Assembly (NCBI RefSeq): GCF_030144855.1
Contig: NC_082717.1
Span: 53,072,001 to 53,136,000 of the forward strand
Source of the DNA: Hypanus sabinus
Lineage: Eukaryota
Length of the DNA stretch: 64,000 nt
Direction: 5' to 3'
Of the stretch, positions 13,101-26,218 are shown in pieces (the stretch's first letter is position 1; each line of letters starts with the position of its first letter). Under the pieces are notes generated by a model. That model was not told the DNA's origin and did no database searches. It saw nothing but the letters and a program-made list of their open reading frames with translations. The position numbers and the translations under genes are program-made.

Positions 13101-16100
13101 CCCTCTGCCATCCGATTTTTAAATGGATGTTGAACCCATGAACACCTCACTTTTTAATATATATTATTTTTATTATTAATATATACATTGTTTCTTCTAC
13201 ATTATGTATTGCATTTAACTGCTGCTACTAGGTTAACAAATTTCACTACACATGCCGGTAATAATGAACCTGATTCTGATTCTGCTTATCTCGTGGTGTC
13301 AGTATGGACTTATGAAAGGGAAGTAATATTTGAACAATCTATTACTGTTTACGATGTTATTTGAATTCAGCAGGCCAAAGGGTGTAAAGAGTGACCAGCG
13401 TCAGGTTTCTGTATATCCACATCTCAAAGGATCTAACCATTGTAGGTTGGCTGGTTAAGCCAGTGGCAAAGACAGCACAGAGTGCAATATGGAAAAAGTC
13501 ATTCACTTTGGTTGGAAGAATGAGAACCAAAATGATTTCATAGAAGGAAACCTCAAAACATTGGAGTATAATGAGAACTGCACTCAAGAAACAAATGCAA
13601 CTATGGCCAATGCTGGCCTTCATCACAAGGCAAGTAATGAAGTTTTGATGCAACTCTACAGAACACTGTCAAAACAGCAATTGGAGTATCACCTCAGTAG
13701 TCCCTCACCAGGACTGCTTGTCCAGGAGTAAAACATCAAACCTTTTTTGAGGAGTCTTCAATTTGCCCCAGCTGTTTGTCTTGCACACTCCTTCTGAGAT
13801 TGGGTTTGAGGAGTGCCAAGCATGACCAAAGGGATGACCAAGGAACAGCACAGCTGGAGAGTTATTGGTTGTGGAGGATACTGCATTGAGATATACAACA
13901 ACAAAATAGGCAAGCTTCTGATTCAGTGTCAGTGTAGTGCGTTCTGCTGCCATTGCACAGTGCACTTGAAGACTGTGGACGAAACTTTCATTTTCGTCAT
14001 TTGTAGCTGGGCAGTACAGTACATATGTACTATGTCTTACTCCATTCATTTTCAGGAATGACTGAAACTGTTCCGCAATAAATTGTTGTCCATGGACACT
14101 GACTAAGTGTTCTGGAACACCAGTCCTTGAGAAAAGGCTCAATAGGTTAACAGTGTGTGAGGCTGTAGTGAAGACTACTGGAAACACTTCTAGTCACTTT
14201 GTTGCTGCATCCACTATCAGCATTTGCCCATGAAAGGTGTGGCAAATTCTCCATGAACCCTCTGTCAGGACAATGCAGGCCATTCCCAGGGATGAAGAGG
14301 CAATCTTCCTGGCACCTTCTCAACGTGAATGGCAAGCTGCTCGATCTGCTGATCTATCCCAGGTCACCAGAGAAAGTTTCGAGCCAACACTTTCATTTTG
14401 GCCACAATGAGATGACTGACATGTAGCTCCTCCAACACTTTAGCTCTCAGCTTGGAAGATATAACAACTCTTAATCCCCAAATAAGGCAACTTCTGTCAA
14501 CAAGAGAAAGATCTTCCGGTGCTGGTAAAAATGGGAAAAACTGGAGTCTCTGCTACACCTTCCAACCATTTTGGGTGGACATGTAGACCTGTGACAGTGT
14601 AGGTTTTTTTTTGGTTTCCCTTTGGATCACCTCTGCCATAATAGGAATAGATTTGCAGGAGTGAAAATATGTCAAAAGTACTATCTTCTTTTGTAAATTT
14701 TTCAGGTATTTCCTTTCTCAAAGGTAAATCCATCAGCATTTCCATGATCAGTCGTCCTCTTGAATTCGACCTTGTAATTGTGTCCTCCAAGAAACAGAGC
14801 CCATGTCTGCATTTGTGCTGCTGATAATATGTTTTTCATTTGTCAGATACATACAGTCTAGTGATGTCTCTGAGGACTCTGTGACTAGAGTCTTTGCTGA
14901 TAGGAATGTATGTTCTCCTTGAACAGAAGTCCCCAACCAAGACTGCACAGCTAGTCTTAGTCGTTATAACTCTGCCTACAGCCTTTGGTGGATTAAAAAT
15001 GGACATAAGTGGTTGATGATCAATAATGAGGGTAAACTCTCCCATAAGTATAGGTTGAAATATTTTGCACTCCAAACCATTTCAAGGCCTCACTGTCAAT
15101 CTGTGTGTCATTTTTCTCTGCAGCGGTAGGTAAGGGAACGTGATGCAAAGGATAGGGAATGTTCACTTCCATCATTCATAACATGACATGACTGCATCAA
15201 TCCCCATGCACACACAGGCAAGCTTCACTGGACGACGTGGCTCATAATATCTGAGTACAGAGCTTGAAGTCATCATTTCCTTTGCATTTTTGAAAACCAC
15301 CTCACATTGCTTTGACATTTGCCATTTCTTCCTGCCCTGTAGTAATGAGCTTAAGGGATGAAGCATTATAGCCATTTTTGGCAGAAACTCGTTATAGTAA
15401 TTAACTAATTCTAAAAAGGCCCTCAACTATGAATATCCTTTGGTCTTGGGGTATCCACCACTGCTTGAATTTTCTAAGCACAATTGCATAGTCCTCGTGA
15501 GTCGATGGTGTGACTTGTGATGCTTGGTTTATACAATTTATACTTGTTACATTGTACTTTCAGCCTATAATTGTCTTATCTTTTTAACACTGATTTGAGA
15601 TTTTGGAGAAACCCTTGTCATCCTCACCAGTAACAATGATGTTATCCAGGTAACACTGAGTGCTTGGACAACTTTGCAACACCTGGCCCATAGCTTTCTA
15701 CCAGAGTACAGTTGCAAATGCACATGCTACTCCAAAATTAAGCCAGTAACAGCGATAAAGCACTTTGTGAGTGCTTATGCTGAGCAACACTTTGGACATT
15801 TCTTCCATCTCCATCTATAGGCAAGCCACAACTATGTCCACTTTGCTGAAGCATTTTCTTCCAGAAAGGCTTGCCTCTATCCTGGGCAGTGGGTAATAAT
15901 ATTGATCTATTATAATCACCAGAGATGCTGACAGACCCAATCTTCTTGGTTATTGGGACTACTGTCACTGCCCATGGGCTCTACACAGCTTTGGAAAAAT
16001 ATTCCTTCAGCCTCCTTACAACGTAGCTCACTAGCTACTTTATCACAGATGGTATAAGGAATCGAATAGACTTTGTAAAACTTGGGTATGGCATTTTCAT

Positions 16101-19100
16101 TTAACACTGTTTTACCCTTAATATATTAGAGTTTTCCAATGCCATCCTTGAACACTGCTGCAGCATCACCCAATAAATTTCTTAATTCACCTTTCAGCTG
16201 ACTCTGTTGCAGGGGATGTGACATGCAAATGTTGGGTAGACAGGCAAGTCAGGGCTCCACACTGCTGGCCCTCCAGCTTTTACAATATTGGCTTGTCGGT
16301 AGTCATATTTTACTGTTATGAATGTCATTTTCACAGAAATTATCTTTTCTCTAGTATAGCCTCAGTTCAGTATCTTTGAAATGTCATTCAAACTCATTTT
16401 GTAGAATGACTAAAACAGTCCAACCAGTGTCCAATTTCATTTTAATCAATTTGCCGTACACTTCTGGTGCAAGCCACATTGCTTGTCTATTGGTAGTTTT
16501 CACATTCTAAACCTCAAAACTACCCAGTCCAGTGTCACTCTCATCACTATTAGATTTTTCATAAACAGGTAGGTTCGTTTTAAAAATACCATCTCACCAC
16601 TGTTACGTTTTGTAATTCCCAAACATAAAACTAATTGCAAGAAAAAGACAGCAACCCAGGAGAACGTGTCTTAATTTGTTTTTACTTTAAGTGAGACATG
16701 GACATATGACGTGGCAGCACGTTGGCGCATGCCATTTACATACTTTTGCATAAAACCCACAACGCTTTATGTAAACAACAAAGAATGCTTAACAAGCAAT
16801 ATATTTACAACGTTACTCAAATATTACTGGAATATTAAATACACAACACCCAGTTCCATGTTTATGTAGAGTGCATTAAACTGGTTGTGTTCAACTCTAT
16901 CCCCCAACTCAACAGAGGCAAATGGTCTACTAAAATGATAATTGCTCAACTGAAACACAGTATCAGCTGAATTCTAACATTTTCCAAAATGTGTTGTGAA
17001 AATAAATGAAGGGCAAAACCAAATTCTAAAGGCTGAAACAAACAAGGAGGGATTTAAAACTATTGATTAGTATTACTGTTCCTAATATTATTCATAATAG
17101 TATTACTAATGAAGCAGTGGAGGCAACCTCAGTACTGTAAATATATTCAAGACAAGGATGGAGAGATTTTTGCATAGTAGGGAAACTAAGGGTTATAGGA
17201 AAAAGATAGGTGGGTGGAGATGAGTCCATGGCCAGATCAGCCATGATCTTTTTGAATGGCGGAGCAGGCTCGTGGGCCAGATGGCCTACTTCTGCTCTTA
17301 TTTCTTATGTTCTTATTATGTTTTACGAGTAGAATCAAAATGGAACACAAGTATTGGTATCATATAATTTCACAGGTACAGAGGAAATGTTAATTTATGC
17401 TGAACTGCAAATTTTCATTTAAACCTCAGGCTACATCCACACTAGATCGGATAATTTTGAAAACGCCAGTTTTGCTTAAAAACGATAGGCATCCACACCA
17501 AGCATTTTTGAAAATACCTCCGTCCACATTAAAACGGGAATTTGGGCAAATCTCCTCCTACTAGGCATGCGCAGGACACATCTACAGAAAACAAGCCACA
17601 TGTTTCGTGTCGAATCTCACTGTGAAAGTCCGTGTATGTGCAGTTACAGGCTAGAAAAAACTTAAAAGGAAATTGCCAAACAACGGACAGCTGTTGGCTC
17701 CCATGCAGGAGGACGTAAAACTAAAAAAACACAAATACTGGAGCATATGGAGGCAACCGACAGGGAGTTCATGGACAGTGAAACAATGAACATTGAAAAA
17801 CTGACTAACTCTGTTGCATTAATAAAGCACCTTGTTAAATGTATAAAACATGTCTGCATCAGTGTTATCTTGTACTTCCATACAATGTTACATTAGGCTG
17901 TTACACATCTATTGTCAGAGAAGTACCTGCATAAATAGGTAAAGCACCTTCATACAAGCAAGGACAGAAAACAGGGTAAAGTGAGTATACTTACTTAATC
18001 AGTAAGTTATGGGTCAAAGTATTTGGTGAGTAAATTTCTAACTTCTGGCTTCAGTCTTGATGCCATCTGTTCTGAAACTGTTAGGTTGTTTGAGGTGTTG
18101 CGTTCAAGAAAACAATGAAATGCCACGCTGCCGTTCTAGCATGTCATGACAGTGTTTCTAGAAATCTCCAATTACCCCGTCCACACTACTCTTGCCTAAG
18201 TGGTGTTTTCACATTTACACACTCTGGAGGGTGTTTTAGAAAAGCTCTATTTTCGGTGGAGGAAAACGCCATTTCAATGTTGATGGAGGGTCAAAACGAA
18301 GAGAAAAAGCTTCGGTTACAGATTTATCCGGTCTAGTGTGGACATAGCTTCAGAAGGACATTGGAGTGTATTTTTCCATTGCCTCATACTCCTTTGATCA
18401 TGAAAGCATTTGTATGCAAAGTTACAAATTCAACAGCTTTACAGTACAAAGAACTAAAAGCACCTTTAGATTATGTCATGGTCCAAGTGAGAAAACATAA
18501 TGTTCACATCACATGTGCTGTTACTGTAACTGCCATACTGACCAACAGCTAATCCAAACAACACTTCAGAAAAAAAATATATTTGTGTTGCACTTAATGA
18601 AGATAAATATCTTAAAGTACTTTGAATAATTTATTCTTTTGGAGCTTAATAACTGCCCTACATAGAAAAACAAATGGTTTTGGCACTCTTGAAGTAACAT
18701 CACTACACTCATGCAAGGTTTCAAATCTGACAAGACAATGCCTACACAACAGCAACCCTCACTACAATAAAGCACTGTTCAGAAAAACGAAATATTATGC
18801 TAACTTCTTACTTCAAGATCAAGAGCAGGGTCGTTTTACATTGGCAATGCAGTTAATTTTCAAATATTAGGATGCAATAATCTTAACAGGATTAACCCTG
18901 CTCAGTAAAATAGTTATAAAATAGCTCATTTCTAATAACAAGAATTTCTAACTTATTTCTAATGCAATATTTAAAAGATATGAACAATTACCATGTTGTA
19001 CTAGGATTCGTAAACTTTCCAGCTTCCCATACTGTGCAGCAAGAAACAATGGTGTAATTCCATAGTCATCCATAGATTCTTTGTCAGCCCCTTTTTCAAG

Positions 19101-22100
19101 TAAGAACTTCAATACTTCTAAGTGTCCCTACAAAATATAATAAATATACTGTAAACATAGCTATTCTTAATTTATTGCTACGATCTGTCCAATATGAAAC
19201 ACTATAACCAGAATCCTGCTTCATGAGATAGAGATTTTATATATATAAAATATATATACTGTAGAGAGAGAGAGATCAATGCCATCAGACACTAGCATCT
19301 GCCAGATAATGTCACAAGGACACTTGCCACCAAGATGTTCGAAATCACTGTCAGAATAAGTGATTCAACATTAATGTCTTCTCACAGACCAATGTCCCCA
19401 GCATAGGCTCCTAGCACAGTCATCCAGCTCCAATGAGCAAACCACATATTTTACGTGTCTCCCACCACAGCCCTGAAAAATGCACTCTACTCCAAGTCCT
19501 ATCATGGTAAGATTTGCCAGTTGCACATGAGAAATGTTTCAGTAAAGTTCTTAAAAGCCTTCTAAGAAAATAGTAATATTCTTACTATTTCTCTGGAATG
19601 CCTAGAACATCCCGGGAGGCAGCAAGAACAAAGTTTTTACATTTGAAGAATGTGGATGCCTAAGTAATATTGTAAAAGAAGCCAATCACCCAACTCAGCA
19701 TTCCATCAAGCACCTCCTGCCTAACTTGCAGCAACAACTATACTCACACACTGGCCAGCTTAGGATTCACAAAATTAAAATAGAACCCAGTTATACTCTG
19801 TCCCAAGGACCTGCCACAAAAAGTTATGAAAACTCAGGACAATTAAGTTAAATCAATATAACACTTATAATCAGGTAAAAATTGTTAACTTTTCCTTATT
19901 AGAAGTAGAAAAGGTATGCTTAGTTGCTCGAGTTCAGGGAAAAACACACGTACAATAGACAGCAATCTGAAAATGATGAGTAATGAGAAATATGAGCAAA
20001 AAAAGGATTAATATCCTGAGGACATGCATTGCAGTTATAATTTAAATTTCTAATCCCTTCTTAGATATTTGTCAATGGACCTTTGCAGCATTATCATACA
20101 ATCCATTCCAACAAGTTAAAGGTGCTCAAAATTGGTTCAACATTTACTGCATTACCAATTCAGATCATATTCACACAATCAACCATCTGCATTATCCAAC
20201 TGAATGAGGAACTGACCTTCCCATACACAGTCAGCGAAGTCTTTATTGGCACATTGTTTTAAATGTTTGGTCAAATAGCATAACTTAGGGCCTCAATGTG
20301 CACTTTTAAGCAAAAACGGGCACTTGATGTGAAAGTTTTAGTTTAACTGAAGCTCTTACACTGCCCTTTTTAAAGGCAGTTTGGGAAGCTGAAAGATCAG
20401 AAGATCGATATTGTGAGTCACCTGTACCAAATGGACTACACCTCAGGGTTCTGAAAGAGGTAGCTGACATTGTGGAAGTATTTGTAATGATCTTTCAAGA
20501 ATTACCAGACTCTGGAATGATTCAGAGGACTTGAAAACTGCAAACATTCTTTAAGAAGGTAGGTAGGCAGAAGAAAGAAAAGTATAGGCCAGTTAGCTTG
20601 ACTTCACCGGGTTGGAAGATGCTGGAGTCTATTATTAAGGATGAAGTTTCAGGGTACTTGGAAGCATATAATAAAATAGGCCAAAGTTAAGGGAAATCTT
20701 GCCTGATGAATCTGTTGGAATTCTTTGAGGAAATAACAGGCAGGATATACAAAAGCAAGTCAGTGGATGTTATTTACTTGGATTTTCATAAAGCTTTTGA
20801 CAAGGTGCCGCACACGAGGCTGGTTTACAAGAGCCTGTGGTATTACAGGAAAAATACTAGCACAGATAGAAGATTGGCTGATTAGCAGGAGGAAAAGAGT
20901 GGGAATAAAGGGGGACTTTTCAGCTTGGCTGCTAATGACTAGGGGTTGGTGTTGGGACTGCTTCTTTTCATGTTATATATCAATGATTTGGATGATGGAA
21001 TTGATGGCTTTGTGGCCACATTTGCAGATGATACAAAGATAAGTGGAGGGACAGGTAGTGTTCAGGAACCAGGACTTAGATAGATTGGAAGAATGGGCAA
21101 AGAAGTGGCAGAGAGAATATAGTGCAGAAAGGTCCATGGTCATGTACTTTGGTGAAAGGAATAAAGGAGTAGAATATTTTCTACATGGGGAGGGAATTCA
21201 GAAATCAGAGATTCAAAGGGACTTAGGAGTCCTCATGCAGGACTCCCTAAAGTGTAACCTACAAGCTCAGTCGGTAGTAAGGAGGGTAAATGTAATGTTC
21301 GCATTCATTTCCAGAGGACTGGAATATAAGCAGGGATGTGATGCTGAGGCTTTATAAGGCATTGGTCAGCCCGCATGTGGAGTATTATGTGCAGTTTTGA
21401 GCCTCTGTGCTGGCTTTGGAAAGAGTCCAGGTTAGTTTCACAAGAATTACTTCAGAAATAAAACAGTTAACATTACGTAGAGCATTTGATGGCTCTGGCC
21501 CTGTACTCACTGGAGTTTAGAAATTGAGGGGGATCTCATTGAAAGCTATTGAATACTCAAGGCCGAGATAGAGTGGATGTGGAGAGTATGTTTCCTATAG
21601 TGGGTGAGTCTAGATCGAGAGGACAGAGTCAGAACAGAGGGACATCCAATTAACACAGATAAAGATGAATTTCTTTAGCAAAAGAGTGGTAAATCTGTAG
21701 AATTCATTGTTACAGGCAGTTATGGAGGCCAAGTCATTGAGTATATTTAAAGCAGAGGTTAATAGGTTTTTGATTCTGGCAGCCAACAAGAAAAGCCCCC
21801 CCCTTTATTCCCTTTCTTTTCTTCCTGCCAGTCAGGAAGAAATCTTCTATCCGTGCTGGTATCTTTCCTATAATACCATGGGCCCTTGTTAAAACAGTTT
21901 CATGTGTGGCACCTTAAGCCACTCTGCCTTTATTATATGCTGGCAAATCGTTTCATTTGTGCATGCAACCACTTCACGGCTGAGTCTCAGGCTTCATACA
22001 CAATCTGCACTTTGGTGTAAATTCCTCACCAATTTTTAATTTTATCCATGAAATCCCTACTTCCTGCCTGCCTTTAGTTGTATCCAAACTCATTTCGTTA

Positions 22101-25100
22101 AGTAAGGATACTCCTTCACCTTCAGTATTTTCCCTATCTTTCATGTCATATTTCTCAACCCTGATGATTCTGTACCCAACAATGGCTACCAAGCCACACA
22201 CTGAAAGTGGATTTTACACATTAAATTTCTTCAGTCTCTGTGCTAGTGACCAGCTTAAATGATTATTATTTCATACCATTTAGTTTTCCCTTTAGCACCA
22301 CTGTTCTGCATTAAACACATTTTTTAATGGTGGTGGTGACTTAAGTACACATCCCTCCACCCTATGCCACACACCATCCTAATTTAGGTTAATGTTTTCT
22401 CGAGTCATCACTGGTTCATATTCTTGGGCACTGTACTTAAAGGTGCGAGCATATTTTTACAATGCAGCCTACACCAATTCAAGAAACCCCTCTACAACTT
22501 TTTGTGTGGCACTTACATTAACCAATGTCACCCACGTTCAAAAAATTAAAAGCTAAATAAATAGATTACTATCAGTCACTGTCTTAAAATTTTATCCCTC
22601 CCTACTGAAGTATATACATGAATGTTATGGTACCTGATAAGCAGCTTGGTGCACAACACTCCATAAGCATGCTGAATGGGATCCATTAATTCTTGCTCCA
22701 TATTTTAACAACGTCCTTATAACTGCAATGTGACCCTTCTCTGTTGCTGAAATTACAGGATTAAAACAGTCAAACTTGCTCACAACTTTACTGCAGTGCT
22801 GTAGAACATAAGATTGTAGACATCAATGCATGTAAATAGACAAATGCATTTAATTAATGATCAAATTATGTAAGGAATTAAATGGAAGCAGTAAATTATA
22901 CAATTGATATAAAATGAGCTTGTACTTATACACCAAATGAGCTTGTGTTTATAAACCAATTCATTGTGCTTTATTTCAATTTTGAGAGTTGATTATTTGA
23001 CATAAAACTATTGTTTAAAGATATCTCCACCTATCTAAATGGTACATATTATTTGCAATATATCATGTTGTATGTTTGAGCTGAAACCCAATATGCCTCT
23101 TTGGCTGTTACAAAGTGTACTTTTCATTATTAAAAGATAAACAGCGTATTAAAAAAATCTCAAGGCAAACACAACCGAACTCCAAACAGTATCCTGGATA
23201 TCAAGCAGTGTGGGAGACAATTCAATAATGTTGGACCCACAGACAAGCAATGAAAACACTAATAAAAAAATTAATCAACACTAAATGTTGGGATGTCAAA
23301 AACACAAGGAAAGGTCATGCAGTCCACCTCCATTATAACATGGGATGTATAAACTGATTAACTGTTGTCTTGTATTAGAAGAACGTCAGTCAAGTTTTGG
23401 TGCCAAGAACCAAGTGTCATTTCAGTGCTGACAGCTACAGGTATCCCTTGTTTTACAAGTGATGAAATTACAAATTTTTGCTATAATGCCATTGACTAGA
23501 GAAGTGTCCTTGATTAAAGTAGTTATTTTCTACCAACTACGTTTGCCAAACTTTAGCTAATATGCATTCCAAATTCCAAGTCATGGTTCTCTGAGAGAAA
23601 AAAATTGTATCATTGGATATGAAGTTATAGACTATTCTAGTAAATAATCTTCAAAGTTCCTATGCATTCGTTGGCTTGTTTAGGGAAAATGAAATGATTT
23701 GCAGCCTCTATTCCTAGTAGTAAAAGACTAAGTTTCACTCTGTGTGCAACTTTAAAGTTAACACTGGTTCTGAAGTAACTCCAGAAAATTAAGCCCAATA
23801 AATGAAATCAGATTTACATATTTTGACAGACCCAGACTAAAATAACCTATTATTTAACTATATATTTTATTTTCATATGACAGAACATCAGCTGAGGGGT
23901 AGATTCATTATCAGGAGCAATTATCCAAGTTATAACCTTCTGTTTCTACTATCAGTTTGCAGTCTCTCTCACTATCAAAATATAAGGAATGGTGTAGAAT
24001 TGTTATGCCAATACAGTGGATACAGGTTAAAACAGACATTAAAAGTTAAGTGCTGCCCATTTAAATTCCTTTTAATGAATTGGTAAGAGTCAATTGTTCC
24101 TAATCAACCTTTCTCAATCTGCTAATAACTAGAAATTAAATATTATGCGTACAGTTATACTCCTAATTCTAGCTGTTATTGATGATTTGGAAAACATTTT
24201 TTTTATATATTTTCAGTCTCCTTCTAACCCAATACACGCAAGATACTATACGCTCATATTTTCTACTCTCCCAAGAACTGATACCATATTTCCTCACTGT
24301 GATAGTTATTCTGCACTTTATCAACTTGTACTTTTATCACTTTAAAACAAATGCAAGTCTAAACATGACAGACACAACAAGAGGCCCTGCCAAATTGGTA
24401 AAACTATTTCTACTTCCAGTACTTTACCTAAAAAAAGTGGAGTTACATTTTCATTAGTGATGGCATTTGGATTTGCTCCAGCCTGTAGCAGAATCTGGAC
24501 GATTTTTAAATGACCATGTTTAGCAGCAAGATGAAGAGCTGTTTCACCTTCGAAAGTCTTCAATTCTACACCTGATGTCAATGAACCTAAAAAAGCATTT
24601 TATTCCATTAAAGATGCATGGCTACAAATAAATACACAACTCAATCCCTTTCTTATTAACAAACAAGAGAAAATCTGCAGATGCTGGAAATCCAAGCAAC
24701 ACACATAAAATGCTGGAGGAATTCTACAGGCCAGGCAGCATCTATGGAAAAAAGCACAGTCGATGTTTCGGGCTGAAACCCTTCCGCAGGACTGGAGGAA
24801 AAAAGCTGAAGAGTAGATTTGAAAGATGGGGGGAGGAGAGAGCGAAACACTAGGCGATAGGTAAAACTTGGAGTGGGAGAGAGATGCTAGGTGGGCGAGG
24901 AGATAACATGAGAAAGGGAAAAAGGAATGGAAATGGTGAGGGGGGGACAGGGGGGAGGCATTACTGGAAGTTTGAGAAATAGATGTTCATGCCATCGGGT
25001 TGGAGGCTACCCAAACAAAATGTAAGGTGTTGTTCCTCCAACCTAAGTGTGGCCTTATCACAACAGTGGAGGAGGCCATAGATGAACATATTGGAATGGA

Positions 25101-26218
25101 AATAGAAAGTGGAATTAAAATAAGAGGCCCTTTCTTATTAACTCTGTTTTTCATCTTCCTAGGCATTTCTCTTCAAACACCCAATCCTCTGCCAACTGAT
25201 GTTGGCCTTCATCTTCTAATTTCACATCAGAACAATCATGCCAGCAAATGGTAGGTACGTTGGAGAAAGCATTAGCCCCCATAACAATATTGACTGTTGA
25301 CTTATAGATGGTCGAGATCTTTGAAGCAGAGAGGCAAGATCAAGAGTACTCGAGGAAACACGGATGAAAGCTCAGATTCAAATAATCAAGAACAAAGGCC
25401 AATAGTACAGAGATGCAGTAAAGAATGATGGAAGATGAACCTGAAATGCATGGGACATTGGGTGGATGAGAATAGAAAAGGATGCTGAAGGGTGAAAGAC
25501 AAGCCAAATGGCCACTTTATCTTTTTAGTTTGGGCTGGTGATTACTTGGATCTTGACCAGAAAGTTCAAGATTCCATCAGTCCTAAAAAAAAATCAAACA
25601 TACTACAGCCAGAAACAGGAAAGAAAGACAGAATTAGAATGATAGAAAGGGGGAAAATAAATAAAGAAGCACATGGTATAAGTTGATATACAACAACCTG
25701 AAGATAAGTGTACACTTTAGTTTGCAGTGATCAGTATGATATTGTTATCATCTAGTGTCATTAAGGTTCAATTCAACAATTTAATGAAAAGAGTTTTTCG
25801 ATTAGTTTTATTTGGATAAGGAGAAAAGTAAGTTTCCAAATTTGGTTTCAAGACATGGTGCCACCATATAAACCTTTACAAAAAGCCTTCATGATTGACT
25901 ACTCAAATATTTTTGAAAGATTGACTACAACTGTTATAATATTGGCATCCAGGTAACAAGGTCGCACTACTTCAATAACAATGTAAAATTAAAATAAAAC
26001 AAACTTTAGTCATTGACAGTACCTGCTTGTAGTAAAAGTCTCAAACATTTCAATGTTTTGTGTGATGCAGCCTCATGGATTGGATACCAACCACGGTTGT
26101 CTGCAATGTCAAGGCTGTGACCTTTTTTGATCAGTGCTTTCAAAAGTTCTACATTTCCCTTCCTTGCAGCAAGTCCAGCTGCTGAACAGGTATCAGAGTA
26201 TGCCTCTGTGAAGTCCAT
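3964..26218 (-). CDS. ASB3: Ankyrin repeat and SOCS box protein 3, partial gene (first six coding exons; 3' exons lie left of the window)
   Basis: Exons 26218-26023, 24586-24428, 22746-22634, 19127-18992, 5120-4943 and 4161-3964 (196, 159, 113, 136, 178, 198 nt) splice GT-AG in frame. They give [12 protein letters not shown]...ankyrin repeats...SPLCMALSQ; the N-terminus is typical of ASB3. Synteny with CHAC2 and ERLEC1 agrees. Confidence 0.96.
4943..5120 (-). CDS. ASB3: ASB3 coding exon 5
   Basis: (G)[58 protein letters not shown]. Acceptor tttgcag, donor AA|gtaagt. Confidence 0.95.
6583..7575 (+). mobile_element. Non-autonomous LINE-tailed repeat, near full length
   Basis: Starts TTTAAGATGGTGC as at 32788; ends TTTGATAATAAA..CTTTGAA as at 3050 and 34450. 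Confidence 0.55.
8893..9682 (+). mobile_element. Non-autonomous LINE-derived repeat
   Basis: AAGATGGCG start and an L2/Rex-type 3' end GAATGACAATTAAACTCAAACTTGAACTTGA. Confidence 0.45.
9935..10615 (+). mobile_element. CR1 LINE 3' fragment
   Basis: Decayed RT C-terminus (AYGVLAFI..., LELYKTLVR) and CR1 3' UTR, similar to 29200-29840. Confidence 0.8.
10785..11565 (+). mobile_element. Rex1/Babar-like LINE fragment with an inserted Penelope-like end (11227-11300)
   Basis: [34 protein letters not shown]. Confidence 0.75.
11595..11900 (-). mobile_element. CR1 LINE fragment, antisense
   Basis: Reverse complement of the CR1 ORF2 3' region. Confidence 0.6.
12737..13283 (+). mobile_element. Rex1/Babar-like LINE 3' end
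   Basis: [32 protein letters not shown] with tail CCTGATTCTGATTCT; closely similar to 37770-38361. Confidence 0.85.
13700..16848 (-). mobile_element. Degenerate Gypsy/Ty3 LTR retrotransposon (5' LTR, PR, RT, RNaseH, integrase)
   Basis: LTR 16601-16848 (TGTT...AACA) followed on minus by a PBS-like TGGTGAG. Protease KMKLDTG at about 16430, RT/RH fragments (ORFs 15916, 15738, 15172, 14836), integrase [31 protein letters not shown] (13705-14187). Many frameshifts. Confidence 0.9.
17110..17315 (+). mobile_element. CR1 3' UTR fragment
   Basis: GATCAGCCATGATCT..GAATGGCGGAGCAGGCTCG...TTCTTATGTTCTTA tail. Confidence 0.75.
17429..18349. mobile_element. Non-autonomous PIF/Harbinger DNA transposon
   Basis: TIRs GGCTACATCCACACTAGATCGGATAA / TTATCCGGTCTAGTGTGGACATAGCT; 3-bp TSD TCA on both sides (17426-17428, 18350-18352). 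Confidence 0.85.
18992..19127 (-). CDS. ASB3: ASB3 coding exon 4
   Basis: [45 protein letters not shown]. Acceptor ttttgtag, donor G|gtaatt. Confidence 0.94.
20420..21775 (+). mobile_element. CR1 LINE ORF2 (RT) fragment
   Basis: [39 protein letters not shown]; frameshifted. Confidence 0.9.
22634..22746 (-). CDS. ASB3: ASB3 coding exon 3
   Basis: Translated by hand (not in ORF track): (A)[37 protein letters not shown]. Acceptor tttcag, donor CAG|gtacca. Confidence 0.93.
24428..24586 (-). CDS. ASB3: ASB3 coding exon 2
   Basis: (G)[52 protein letters not shown]. Acceptor tttttag, donor G|gtaaag. Confidence 0.95.
24657..25120 (-). mobile_element. Penelope-like element 3' end
   Basis: Minus strand encodes [28 protein letters not shown] (GIY-YIG C-terminus), followed by a pyrimidine tract and a hammerhead-like motif. 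Confidence 0.8.
26023..26218 (-). CDS. ASB3: ASB3 first coding exon
   Basis: [26 protein letters not shown]...GWYPIHEAA...LLLQA. Acceptor ttgatttag just above 26227; donor G|gtactg at 26023. Confidence 0.95.
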
